In this document: in pieces, positions 53,486 to 64,000 of the stretch | Numbering within the stretch: position 1 is the stretch's first letter | Layout of the letters: each line of letters opens with the position of its first letter | NCBI GenBank assembly: GCA_964016885.1 | Contig: OZ024743.1 | Span: forward strand, 27,900,001 to 27,964,000 | DNA: 64,000 nt | Direction: 5' to 3' | Origin: Eledone cirrhosa | Lineage: Eukaryota | Made by a program: the position numbers and the translations under genes | Notes under the pieces: model-generated | What the model was told of the DNA's origin: nothing | Seen by the model: the letters and a program-made list of their open reading frames with translations, nothing else | Database searches by the model: none

Positions 53486-56400
53486 AATATATATATATAT
53501 ATATAAAAATTTAATTTTCAGTGTTTAATTTTACAGTTGATGACAGTCCAAAAATGTGAGAAACTGTATTAAAACTATTAAAATGTGAGAAACTATTAAA
53601 ATTTCATCTTTCTTACAAATTATACGCTGACCAGATCCTCTAAATGTCTAAGTATACAAAATTCCAATGTGATATTTCACTTCTCCCACACCAATGAAAC
53701 CACCTCCTTGTAAAATGTCCCAAAGCACAGAAAAAAAAAAATGGTTAGAGAATTCACCTGTTGGGAGATAGTCCATGGAATCAAGTCTCCAGATGCACGT
53801 TTACCTTGTCGAAGACCACTCATTACTGCTGCCTTTGAAATATCTCCTTCAAGACACATCTATAAATAAAATAAAATAAAATAATTAGAAATAAGTGCCC
53901 TAAAGTAGCAGATGGAGATATTTACAATAAAAAGGAAGGAGTAAGGTACCAGAGCAGACAAACTGCCTAATATTTCATCCTTCTAGGTTCTATAAAACAT
54001 GTTTCAGTCAATTATTTTCAAACACTGAAAATCAGAGCAATGTCTTTACAAAACCAACTGGAAATCAACATCCAGTAACAATAAAAAACATAAAACAATA
54101 TTAAGTAATGACTAATATTATTTTAATTTTAACAAGTAAAGGAGACAATTTCAGACAGGTTTTATTCTTATCCTAGCTTCATCAGTGAAGCACAGACAAT
54201 ATCTTACTTGTCTAAGCAGTAATGAGAGAATCACTCAATAAATGTAGATAGTAAAGGAAAATATATTTTAGAGGATAATCCAGAGACACAATATCTGTAT
54301 GGAAACAATAGTTACGTTGGTACAATGGGTATTAAGAAGGTAACTAGAAATTGATTAATATCATCATTTTCATAAAAATGTTTCAAGATATGAACTAGTG
54401 ATCAATAATTTAATTGTTTCAATTTTAGGCACAAGGCCAGCAATTACCCAGTACATTACTGGTACTTTATTTTATCGACCCCGTAAGGATGTAAGGCAAA
54501 GTTAACCTCGGCAGGATTTGAACTCAGATCGTAAAGGGACGTAATTATGCTGGAAAGCATGTCCGACCCTCTACCGATTCATCAAATTTCTAATGAAAGA
54601 CTGCCTACAATTTTGAAATCATTTTGAAAATAATCAAGAACTTGAAGATGTTTAGTAATATAATTCACTTTCTCATTATTTAGCTGATGTTTGGAACATA
54701 ACTTTACAATTTGTTTACATAAAATTACAATAAAAGGTTATAAAATAAATATAATTTTAAGCTAAACAACTTTTACATTACAGAACCAGGGCTGTGTCAG
54801 GCAGTTTGATATTAAAAAATTAATAACATGATGATCTGCCTGCATCTTTCTCAAAACAACAACTAAAGTAAGACCTAACCTGAACAACACATAGAACTTC
54901 AGGAAGAGCCTGCTTCGTTGAATCCATTGGACCGAGTAAGACAAAGATATGATGTGCTGGAGCATCTGACAACATCTGTAAATCATTGGGTGTGTTCTGG
55001 AAAGATAAACATTATTATTCAATAACAGTGAGTGCGGTGGATTGGCAGTATCGATAGAGCATTAGACAACATGCTTTGCAGCATATAGTTATGGTCTTTT
55101 ACATTCTGAGTACAAATCCTGCCGAGATTAGTTTTTGCCTTCCACCCTTACGGGGTCGATTTAATCAACTTTCTCAATCCCTTCAAATTGCTGGCCTTGT
55201 GCTAAATACAGAAACAATTATTCAATAACAGCAAGTACAGAGTTTGCAGAATTAGTAAAATATCTGATTAATCTATGCTTAATTGTTATATTCTTTTCTT
55301 TTTCCTTTATTCTTTTACTTGTTTCATTCAGTAGACTGCAGCCATGCTGGGAGTTGTCTTGATTTAGTTGATAATATCAACCCCAGCACTTATATTTTCA
55401 AGTCTGGTATTTATTATATCAATCTCTATTTTGTCAAAACCTTAAGTTATAGGACAGACAGGGTGTAAATATGAACATGGAATAGACATAAAAACAAGGT
55501 AGAAATCTAGCCAGAAACAGTCCTATATGAGCAGGATATGGTTAGCATTATCGTTTAATGTCCATTTTCCATGCTAACAAGGGTACCTGACACAACTTGC
55601 CTGTAATGGGACAAACCCGTCTAACCCATGCTAGCATGGAAAATAGATATTAAACGATGATGATATCTGTAGTAAATACTTCGGCAAAAAGAAACAGTTT
55701 TTCCAAGCAAAAAACATTCTCTAAAATTAATAAAATTGTTGTTTTTCAACAATATAGATATTATATATTCTTGCTCTTGAGATTTTAAGTTGTACAGTGT
55801 CATTATTCTGTAACTGATATTCTCAGTTTTTGTTTGCTGTTCACCACATCTCAAACTCTACCAAGAAATAATATAACTAGGCAAAGTAGCCGGTACTTAC
55901 CTTGTAATGAGAAGACACATACAGTGACATGATTCGGTGCAGGAATGCTTCAGAACCCTTATGGAATGAGAACAAAGTGTCCCTGTTGACATAATACAGA
56001 TCGCAGTCCTGAGGTAAAGGGCAACCAGAGGTTATTCTACGAACATTCATCACATCAAGACATAATAAATCATTGAGCCACTTCTCAACAGGGTCACCAT
56101 CAGCGTATCGTATAGATTCATTAAGTTGCACTTCAAAGAGAGCACGTCCTGCAAAGAAAAGGAAGGTTAGTCGTAAATTTTTTTGAAATCTTATGCTTAA
56201 CACATTTCTTACCGTATTTCTAATAAAATATGCTAAATTTAAATTAAAGAATTTAGAGGAATTTACTGAAATTAAATATAAAGCTGCTCTTGCACATTTT
56301 AATCTCTCAAACGAAATGACACAAGATCTTTGATGTTATGCTGCAGTGTGGAAGACCTGCCTTACCATGTGCACAGGATGAAACAAATATGTAGAGGACA

Positions 56401-59400
56401 CTAGTGTGTACCAACTCCTTCCTAATTCACCCCCACCAACTAAATATCCTACTTACCTCACCCATGTCCAACTTCCATATTCACCCTCTCAGCTCTGATA
56501 CATCTCTTTTGTCAAAACCATGCATACAAACTTGGAATGATGGACATACTCCACATTTGATCTCCCACAATACTGCTGCCACAACAAAAATGCATAAAGT
56601 CAACTCTGTATGCTGATCTGGTGCCACAACAACAGAAGCACCCAGTCCATTCTGTAAGATGGTCATGCTGGTGACACAAACAAGAGGCTCCCAGTCTACC
56701 CTGTATAATGGTCATGTGGGTGACACAAGAAAAAAGCTGTCAACCCTGTTAGATGGCCGTTTTGGTGTCACAATAAAAAGCACCCAGTCAACCTTGTAAC
56801 ATACATGGCAGCAGGTGTTAGGAAGGTCATCCAACTATAAACAAAGCCAAAATACAGGTCTATATCAGCATGACAGTCACCTCACCTGACTTGTTTCATA
56901 GCATGACAACCCATCTAACTCAATTTATGCTGTAAGATTTTAATTTAACTAGGAACCTATTAAAATGCATGGTAAAGATTCATAAAACCAGAGGCAGTTT
57001 TGTACTGCTTGGTATGGAAAGGGTAAACAATAAAATAGTTGCGAACCCTGTTTCCTAATCAAGCTGACTACAGAAATGGAATTATATACTTTGGTTGTTG
57101 TTGACAATATATGAAAATTATTAAATTCAGAAAACCTTCATTATTTGTAACAAACTATTAGAGGCGTGGCTGCTGTTATATAAAATACATTTATTAATAT
57201 AAAAATAATGACTGGCAGTGCCTGTGAGTTCATAATATCTCCTAGATCTTCAATTTTTTCTCTCCTTAAGCCAATGAATTTGTTTATTAACTTTTATATA
57301 AACTTTTAACATATGATATTTTTTATCAGATATGCAAATTGATGTGATTTTAAGGTTGGAATAACATATCTGATTACAGGTGTGTCTGCTCATTCACTGT
57401 TGATTGGGGCTTAACAATAATGATAGTAACAACAATAATAATCACTACTTTATTTGCATATTACAATTGTTTTTAGTAGTAAATTGATGTTTATAATAGT
57501 AAAAGAACAATTTAATAGAAAAAGAAAAAAATAGATTGAGAAGAAAAATTAGAATGGAAAATAATATATAAAACAGAAAAGGAAGGGAAAGGCATGAGCT
57601 CTACTCTCTCTCTCAGTATATTGGGCACCTTCAGGAGTGGTTAGTATAGAACTAATCCAAACATGACAAGGTATAGCAATATATATTAGAGAACTGATAT
57701 TAATGCATCAATAACAACAATAATCATCACCAACAGCATTTTCCTTCAATCTATATTAACATGGGTTGGCTGAGATCATTACAAACTATGATTAATCTGA
57801 ACTGCTGTTCTCCTTGACAAGCCAGAGAAGCACATCTCATTCAATTCATTATATTCTTATAATGGTTGTTTCTACAGCTAGATGCCATTCCTAATGCCAA
57901 CCACATTGCAGTGTACACTGTAACACTAGCACTAGAGACATTATACTCTTGACATGACTAAAGAATCCTCTTTCTCCTATGTTGTTACCATCCAAACACC
58001 AAACACTTTAAGGGGTGCACCAAGTGCCTTTTCTTATAGCACCAACACTAGAGAGGTTGCTTGGTTGCAAGGTGTGATAAAAAGTAAAAATAGCAAAGGG
58101 TGCAGTGGCTAAGGGGAAGACCAATGGATAGATAGTAAAATTAGTGAGTGATAAGAGAGAACTACAGTCACCAATATGAAGGATACTGATGGATACAGTT
58201 AAAATATATATAATACCATATTAACCTGACAAACTATTTGTGGTGCTTGTAACAGTTGTTGCCTTCTTCACTTCAGCCCCAGAGAAAGTAGCAGCTTGTT
58301 GTCGAAGTTGCTGTACAAGTTTCAGCGATAGAGAACGACCAGTACCTTCATATCTAAGGAGGGCCAAAAGAAAAAGATTTAATTATCAAACAGTAAAATG
58401 TAACCATATAAAACAATGACAATACACTATACTAAAGCAACAGGCTAATACAATTAAAGCAATGGCCCAACTGAGGAAAGAGATAAGGTTGCACAAATCT
58501 GTTGAATTGAATAGATAACAGTAAATGTGGTTAGCATTAGGAAGGGCATCCAGCTGTAGAAACCTAGTCAGAAACAGTCCTATTAGAGTTTGACACGGTC
58601 ATCTGATCCAACATATCTCAAATGGAACGACTTGTTTAATGCTGCTAGCGTGGAAAATGGACGTTAATCGATGATGATGATGATGATAACACATGGTTGT
58701 AAAACAAAAGTTAACAAAAAAATCCTTTAAAGTCTTGACTAGATCTTGCTAGAAATAGCTCCCAAATTCTCTTCATATTACACACTATCATCTTCACACA
58801 TGAGAAGGATACATAGGAGAGTGTATATTGGTAGTTGTAGCAATTCTGATACTTTACAACAAATGGAGACGATAATCTAAGGAGAAACTCCGTGCAAGAG
58901 TTATTTCCCTTGGACTATAACATGAACGTTTGATTTACCTTGTTAAACAGAACAAAGTAACTGGCTCATGGTCACAACGGGATGACTGTAATGTAAGACA
59001 ACTTGCAGATTATGTCTAGTATAAATACTTGATTACTGTAATGAATGAGTCTTTGGATTTGCTTATACAAAATATTTCGTATAACATATGCAAATACAAG
59101 TTATATCTTATTGTAGTTAGGTGTTGTGGGTATATAACAAATTATTTTATGCCACAGGAAAACATTGCAAGGGGGAATGTGTCAATAGTCACCTACCCAA
59201 TTCCACATATTTAAAAATCAACTCTTTTGTTGCTATATTTCTAATGAAAGAATCTGCCAGTGGTTTTCAAATTAATTCAGAATTTGGAAGAATTTAATAT
59301 TATAACTAATTTCCTTATTATGTTTGAAACATAACACAGGTTCTTAGATAAATAAACAGATTTGTATTGCATAAGCAGGGGCAGTTTCAGAAACTTGGCA

Positions 59401-60892
59401 ATGAAAAGGGTTAAAATGAGATTGAAATCAATTTATCAATGCTATCGAGTATACATTTTTACTGTTAGATATTAAGTGATGAAAATCGTTAGCACTTCTC
59501 AGTCTCTATGTCATTTGGAGAGGCTTGAAATTGATATATAATGTCAAAAATATAATACAGGGGGGTTCAAAGACTGAGTCTTGTGAAACAAAAGTACAGA
59601 TAATGATTTCCAATATAGGTACAATGCCATAACATTTGAGGAAATATGTACCCTGTCAAATAGATTCAAATAGTTACCGAGATGCTAAAAGCATTGGAAG
59701 TAGGAGCCGAACTAGTAATCCACTTAGTCAATCAGGTTATACAGAACGGTGTCATACCCAATATCTAGCGCAGTAGTACAATGCAGTAGAAATATATAAA
59801 GGGCAAAGGATGACAAATAATAGAAAACAAAGTAATGTTTTACCCAGTATATTTCAACCCTCTTTCCAAATGTGAAACAAAAACAAATGATCGATGTGTT
59901 CTTCCCTAACCGGTCTACGTGTCTAAAATACATGTGTGGAGCCATTAAAGAAGCCAATCAACTTTGTGCATCTCTAATGCTTCTTTAATGGCTCCACAAA
60001 TTTCTTGTTGATAAGGGCCTCTTTGATTCTTAACTATGCTATTACTTTCTATCTTGAAACCTGTTTTAACAATCCTTGATATGAATTGAACACACATCGT
60101 AATGGGATGCAACTAAACATCACTTGGCATTTGTCCGATGCTGTACTACCAATACTGCCACACATCACCATCTCATTTAGTTTGATGTTCTACCAATTCT
60201 AGCATCTACCATTTATCATAGCTCCCTCAGAGATAAATTAATGGGTTTTGGAACATTTGGTTATTTGCCTAGTTGGAACAATTATTTTTCCTGTTGCTGT
60301 TCTCTTAATGAAACAAATGTGGATCTTGTTTATCAATCAAACTGACTGCAAAGACGGAATTATGTACCTTGCACTACACAGAACAGATGAGTGTGTGTGA
60401 GTGGTAGTTCAGCACCATAAATGCCTAGCTATTCATGTCTCATAAACAGATAGATATGCTAAATTTCTTCCATAATGCAATACAGATATTCCCCAACTTA
60501 CATATCTCTAGTAATGCCTGTATTGAGAAAAATATTTAACTTTTTCATTACAGTATTTCTAATGAAATACAGTCTAAAAGTTTCATTTAATTTTGAAAAT
60601 AAGCAAAAATTTGGAGGAATTCAATAAAATATATATGGATAAACATTTTAAAATGTGCATTTTTTTATAAATCCAAGGTAGTTTCAGGCAGGTTGGTATC
60701 AAAAGGTTAACAACAAAATCATTGAACATAAGGAAAGTAAATGCAGGTCACTTACCCATTAACAGTTGAAGACATGAACACAAGATAAGGTCCAATTAGT
60801 TCCTTTACCAACGGTAATGGTATGGCAGCTGCTTCATCAATACAAACCAATTCAGCCTGGCCAAGCTTGTGAGCATCCGTTGGGTGGATATA
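37542..60892 (-). CDS. NAT10: NAT10/Kre33 RNA cytidine (ac4C) acetyltransferase, 3' part: 16 coding exons, 654 aa; 5' exons outside the window
   Basis: Spliced translation follows NAT10 as I recall it, from YIHPTDAHKLGQAELVCIDEAAAIPLP (helicase Walker B) through RIATHPDYQKMGYGSRAL (GNAT acetyl-CoA motif) to a Lys-rich tail. All introns are GT-AG, phases are consistent and the summed exon length is 1965 nt. Confidence 0.97.
38109..38300 (+). mobile_element. SINE with Deu/Nin-like core in the last NAT10 intron
   Basis: Consensus match; TSD-like ttattattytgagttaat. Confidence 0.9.
38395..38790 (+). mobile_element. RTE LINE 3' fragment
   Basis: RRLERNEACMLRWMC...LRWYGHVMRM...VGRPKTWDEVIKADL. 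Confidence 0.88.
38800..39095 (+). mobile_element. SINE 3' part with (GAT)n tail
   Basis: AGGAAGGGCATCCAGCTGTAG...CCATGCTAGCATGGAA...GATGATGAT; relatives at ~36510, 43505, 46570, 55500, 56800 and 58525. Confidence 0.8.
39105..39859 (-). mobile_element. Truncated piggyBac-like transposon (terminus and transposase N-terminus)
   Basis: TTAA|CCCTTTAG terminus at 39859; ATG at 39606 opens acidic MACENSNTDFEGF; ALDYFFLFLP..FFEDVAEEINRYAQQ matches the start of the piggyBac DDE domain; possible other TIR at 38039. Confidence 0.75.
40645..40805 (-). CDS. NAT10: NAT10 exon (DAAAVEIKEKMRKK...LSQFAVKGDEDQWSLAL...SVSIK)
   Basis: cttcag| acceptor, |gtaagt donor, 161 nt. Confidence 0.92.
41821..41919 (-). 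CDS. NAT10: NAT10 exon (HLNAIVEKSVEDTLVKEHKITMEPVAQRLDDEL)
   Basis: taacag| acceptor, |gtaagt donor, 99 nt. Confidence 0.92.
43251..43370 (-). CDS. NAT10: NAT10 exon (ALLLGIGLQHKTVDDLEKNIGLAASQLLGLYNRIIRKVVQ)
   Basis: tttcag| acceptor, |gtaatg donor, 120 nt. Confidence 0.95.
44101..44273 (-). CDS. NAT10: NAT10 exon (MSKQELDFKLTVFDLKRLELYSQNMIDYHLIMDL...SAVQQ)
   Basis: ttacag| acceptor, |gtaaaa donor, 173 nt. Confidence 0.95.
45441..45548 (-). CDS. NAT10: NAT10 exon (DFRRRFISLCSYQFRSFTCSTALSILQQKHCKEEAV)
   Basis: tttcag| acceptor, |gtaagt donor, 108 nt. Confidence 0.94.
   Translation of the reverse strand: MSVAVSFHCVLTSSVPSPAALHSVFYNRSTVKKKQ
46214..46379. mobile_element. piggyBac-type MITE nested in a second TTAA-MITE (~46028-46443)
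   Basis: TTAA|CCCTTTAGCATTTA...TAAATGCTAAAGGG|TTAA; relatives at ~41230-41443, ~44890-45105 and ~48904-49090. Confidence 0.8.
48307..48415 (-). CDS. NAT10: NAT10 exon (NDLTGEHSCIMLKTLHDKENETTALYDKSWLLSFWK)
   Basis: ttttag| acceptor, |gtaact donor, 109 nt. Confidence 0.95.
48657..48705 (-). CDS. NAT10: NAT10 exon (FWKRNGFVPVYLRQTA)
   Basis: caatag| acceptor, |gtaagt donor, 49 nt. Confidence 0.94.
48769..49198. mobile_element. TTAA-flanked MITE with a nested second MITE (48904-49090)
   Basis: TTAACCCTTTTGTTACCA...TGGTATCAAAAAGGTTAA; relatives at ~59220-59414 and ~60536-60710. Confidence 0.7.
49508..49641 (-). CDS. NAT10: NAT10 exon (ELDLLIEKPVPRKNLPALLLKLTERPAEQLDYMGVSFGLTADLL)
   Basis: gtgcag| acceptor, |gtaaag donor, 134 nt. 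Confidence 0.95.
51031..51144 (-). CDS. NAT10: NAT10 exon (MGYGSRALQLLTQYYKGDIVGLNEDVEVPKDIEPVDEE)
   Basis: caatag| acceptor, |gtgaga donor, 114 nt, GxG acetyl-CoA loop. Confidence 0.95.
52054..52128 (-). CDS. NAT10: NAT10 exon (FQDNDFASLSGVRVVRIATHPDYQK)
   Basis: ttacag| acceptor, |gtattc donor, 75 nt. Confidence 0.95.
53758..53859 (-). CDS. NAT10: NAT10 exon (MCLEGDISKAAVMSGLRQGKRASGDLIPWTISQQ)
   Basis: ttatag| acceptor, |gtgaat donor, 102 nt. Confidence 0.95.
54412..54577 (-). mobile_element. SINE with Deu/Nin-like core (intronic)
   Basis: Consensus match. Confidence 0.88.
54880..54996 (-). CDS. NAT10: NAT10 exon (NTPNDLQMLSDAPAHHIFVLLGPMDSTKQALPEVLCVVQ)
   Basis: ccag| acceptor, |gttagg donor, 117 nt, phase 0-0. 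Confidence 0.95.
55034..55222 (+). mobile_element. SINE, same family (intronic)
   Basis: Consensus match; TSD ttattcaataacag. Confidence 0.85.
55901..56148 (-). CDS. NAT10: NAT10 exon (RALFEVQLNESIRYADGDPVEKWLNDLLCLD...SSHYK)
   Basis: ttgcag| acceptor, |gtaagt donor, 248 nt; lies in ORF 55877..56203. Confidence 0.95.
58226..58353 (-). CDS. NAT10: NAT10 exon (YEGTGRSLSLKLVQQLRQQAATF...SLS)
   Basis: ccttag| acceptor, |gttaat donor, 128 nt, phase fits both neighbours. Confidence 0.93.
60756..60892 (-). CDS. NAT10: NAT10 exon (YIHPTDAHKLGQAELVCIDEAAAIPLPLVKELIGPYLVFMSSTVNG)
   Basis: ttag| acceptor, |gtaag donor, 137 nt, DEAA motif. Confidence 0.95.
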
Positions 60893-61413
60893 CTAAATTA
60901 AAAAAAAGAACAATAGGAATCATGGAGTTTTTCAGATGGGTGAATGCTATGAAAACATTACTATTACTCTAGTCTTTGTATCTTATGGTATTATTTGGTT
61001 GAAGATTGGTAGTCAGCCATTTTCAATATATGCAAACATGTTTGATACATCAATTAGAAATGTTGATTGTTTGTCTTGAATAATACATCACTGGAATTGT
61101 ATTTTATCAAACCCATAAACATGAAAAGCCAAGTTCAGAACACAGAATATAATGGGATTTTTCTAAATACTATAAACCACTTTGTCCGGTGTTCTGTCTA
61201 TTGTATCCATCAGCCATATTAACACTCAGAACTTCAGATATTTTATTTTATGATCCCTAGAAAGACGAAAGGTAACATTGATTTCAAAAGGGTTTAAGCT
61301 TACAATGTAATGGTCTGGGACAAAACAAGGCAAATCATTCTATCAAATGATCTAATGATTTTTACAATCTAATCTTTTACTCTCTATATCTACATTGCTA
61401 TAAACGTTAAATA

Positions 61414-63131
61414 CTATCAGTGGTACCCGGCGTTGCACGGGATAAGGTATTTTGGAACGCGGGCTGCCAATAGACCTAAAAACTGCATGCCTGCACAATA
61501 TGTAAAGAAAATAAACCGAATACTCTGATGGCTGGATAATCTTTAAGATTTTCCACGATGAAGCAGGAAAAATGCAGGCCCTAGGGATCAAGAAAATGAA
61601 TTTTTTATGTGCATAATATGCCTTGAAATTTCGGGAAAATTGGCTAGACGTAACGCCTCCAAAAAGTCCTAAGAAGCTGAAAAAATGAAGTTTTTCACCT
61701 AATGCGGGCCCTAGGCCATAAGAAAGTTGGATTTTCTTTGCTTACGGTATGAAGAAGAGACTGACTAATACATAGTTACAATTTCAAGGAAATCGGTCTG
61801 ACGTAACGCCTCAAAAAACCCCTAAAAATGTTAAACAACGCAGTTTTTCACCTAATGCGGGCTCTAGGAAATACAAAAAGTTGAATTTATGTGCATAACA
61901 CTCCCTGAAACATAAGTAATACACATGTAAAGTTTGAAAAAAATCGGTTGGGTACGTCTCGAGTTTTAGGGATTCAAACTCACACACACAGACATCCTCA
62001 GGGAAGTGACGTAATGCAAACAGCCAGACATACAGACATATTATAAGGGCGTGACGTTATAAGTATGTATCTATCTAAAAAGAGAAAGACTAAGAATTAT
62101 AGAGCGACATCGCTAAATCGCCTAATATGGTCCCTGGGGCTTAGAAAATTTGAAATTTCTTTTTGCTCAGAACACTCACTGAAACATAAGCATTACATGT
62201 GTAAAGTTTGAAAACAGTCGGTTGGGTGGTTCTCGAGTTTTAGGGATTCGAACTCACACACACACAGACAGACATCCTCAGTTTTATATATATAGACTAA
62301 CAGAAAACCACCCACCTTTTCTGCTAGTATATATATATATTACACACACAGAAATGTATATATATATATATATTACACACAGAAATGTATATATATTTCT
62401 GTGTGTATATATATATATATATTACACACACAGAAATGTATATATATATATTACACACAGAAATGTATATATATTTCTGTGTGTATATATATATATATAT
62501 ATGTCTGTGTGTGTATATATATATATATTACACACACAGAGAAATGTATATATGTTTCTGTAGCACTCCTCAATTCCCCCCTCTCTCCCTCCCGCTATCC
62601 CCCTCTTGTAGTCTGTCTCTTTCTTTCACTCTCACTCTCTCTCTCTCTACGCGCGCGCAAAAAAACATTCGCACGCGCGCACGTGTTTTAGCGTCTATTC
62701 ACTCTCTCCCTCCCGCTATCCCCCTCTCGTAGTCTGTCTCTTTCTTTCACTCTCACTCTCTCTCTACGCGTGTGCAAAAAACATTCGCACGCGCGCACGT
62801 GTTTCCACTGTCAGACAGACAGACAGAGAAATTGCTGGTTATATATTATAAAGAGATTACAAATTCGATTTTTACACTTGGCGTGGGTCGATTTTAAAAA
62901 TTTTGACTCCGCCGGACCTTCATCTATAAGTAGCAATTTCACCGAAATTCGAACGTACGGTTTAAGAGGAGATGTGTGCCGAAGGTTTTAGTAGACAGAC
63001 AGAGTGACTCTGCTGGACCTTCATCTATAAGTGTAGCAATTTCCCCGAAATTTAAACGTACGGTTTAAGAGATGTGTGCCGAAGGCTTTAGTAGACAGAC
63101 AGACAGACAACCTCAGCTTTACATATATAGA
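61414..63131 (-). mobile_element. Stack of non-autonomous Helitron-like elements (61414-62296 and 62297-63131)
   Basis: Minus-strand 5' ends TCTATATAT...CTGAGG at 62296 and 63131, as at 13564; 3' hairpin CCCGTGCAACGCCGGG near 61425-61441; internal repeats. Confidence 0.7.
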
Positions 63132-64000
63132 CTTGAAAGTCAAGAAATGGTGACTGTCGCAAATAACGCCAACAGAAGCAGACTCATTAGAGCCAATAGA
63201 ATTTTCCCCAAAATAATATGGGCCGAAGCCGAAAAAAATTTTGTTTGGCAGCTCTAATTGCGCCTTAATTTTATTCAAAAAATTGTATACTAACATATTC
63301 GAATACCAGGCACTATTGGAATCAACAATAGCAGCATTCTGAGGGTCATTACAAAACACAAATTCGCGAGAATTAGTGTTTAAGGCTTGCAAGGTGGTAA
63401 AAAAAATCCACAAAATCTTCCATTCTTTTAAAAAAAAAATTTATTTTTAATAATATTTAAATAACTGGCGGTTAGAAAAAAATATTCCTATGAAATTTTA
63501 ATCATACCATTAGGTGTGAATAAGGAAATATTTTTTTATTGTCAAAACAAATGTTCAAAAGTTAAACTTCAATTTTTTGAATTATTTCCAATTTTTTCAT
63601 GAAATTGAACACTGGACATTGGCTGCTGGAAATGGAAATTAAATCGTATTTAAATTTCTAACCTTATTTTATTATTTATATTTTTTCAATAAGAAATAAA
63701 AAAACAACAAAAAAAATTTAAGAAAAAAATTGAACAAATCAAACGTAGGTTATGGAACTGCGTAATCTGATTAATAAATTACCTCATCAGCAGCAACCTT
63801 CTTCAAATGGTCCTTATTATCAGCAGCAACAACTACAAATTCAATGGCAACCTTCTTCGCATGGTGTCAAGTCAGAACCACCTCGAACTGGTTACTTCTG
63901 GCTTGTGCAAGGTGTCTCTATAGCAACCAGCGATTCCCTCGGCCTCAGTGACCAAAGTCAGTGGAGAGGGGAAGGTAATGTTTCTGTAGCACGTGTTTTA

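Noticed and set aside
53520-53670. TTGATGA...GAAAC hammerhead-like motif
   Set aside because: Stems II and III cannot be formed; at most a decayed PLE end.
37633-60755. Intronic SNORD13/U13 (the NAT10 guide) or other C/D snoRNA
   Set aside because: I found no CCTTGTTACGAC-like 18S antisense element and no convincing C/D box pair on the minus strand by eye; an Infernal/snoscan search would be needed to exclude one.
63021-63413. 130-aa minus-strand ORF as the next NAT10 exon
   Set aside because: No similarity to the expected upstream peptide (roughly EHLDYEIIQS...HRQTIQ), and it runs into a Helitron-like end.

Overview
AT-rich eukaryotic genomic DNA. The repeat types (Deu/Nin-core SINEs, (GAT)n-tailed SINEs, dense microsatellites) suggest a coleoid cephalopod, probably an octopus; this is an inference. 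The right half (37.5-60.9 kb) holds the last 16 coding exons of NAT10 (RNA cytidine acetyltransferase) on the minus strand. All 16 have GT-AG boundaries and consistent phase, giving 654 aa plus stop; the 5' exons lie beyond the window. The left half has no host gene I can support. It is a mosaic of microsatellites and decayed transposons: RTE, CR1/L2-like and L1/Tx1-like LINE fragments, three R4/Dong-like RLE retrotransposons that all abut (CATA)n, a Helitron-like element carrying an 8-unit ~92-bp tandem array, and several families of short fold-back elements in (TA)n tracts with minimal hammerhead-ribozyme-like cores (Penelope-like termini). NAT10 introns carry piggyBac remnants and MITEs, Helitron-like elements and inverted SINE pairs. 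Coordinates were read by eye: exon ends were checked by phase, repeat ends are approximate.
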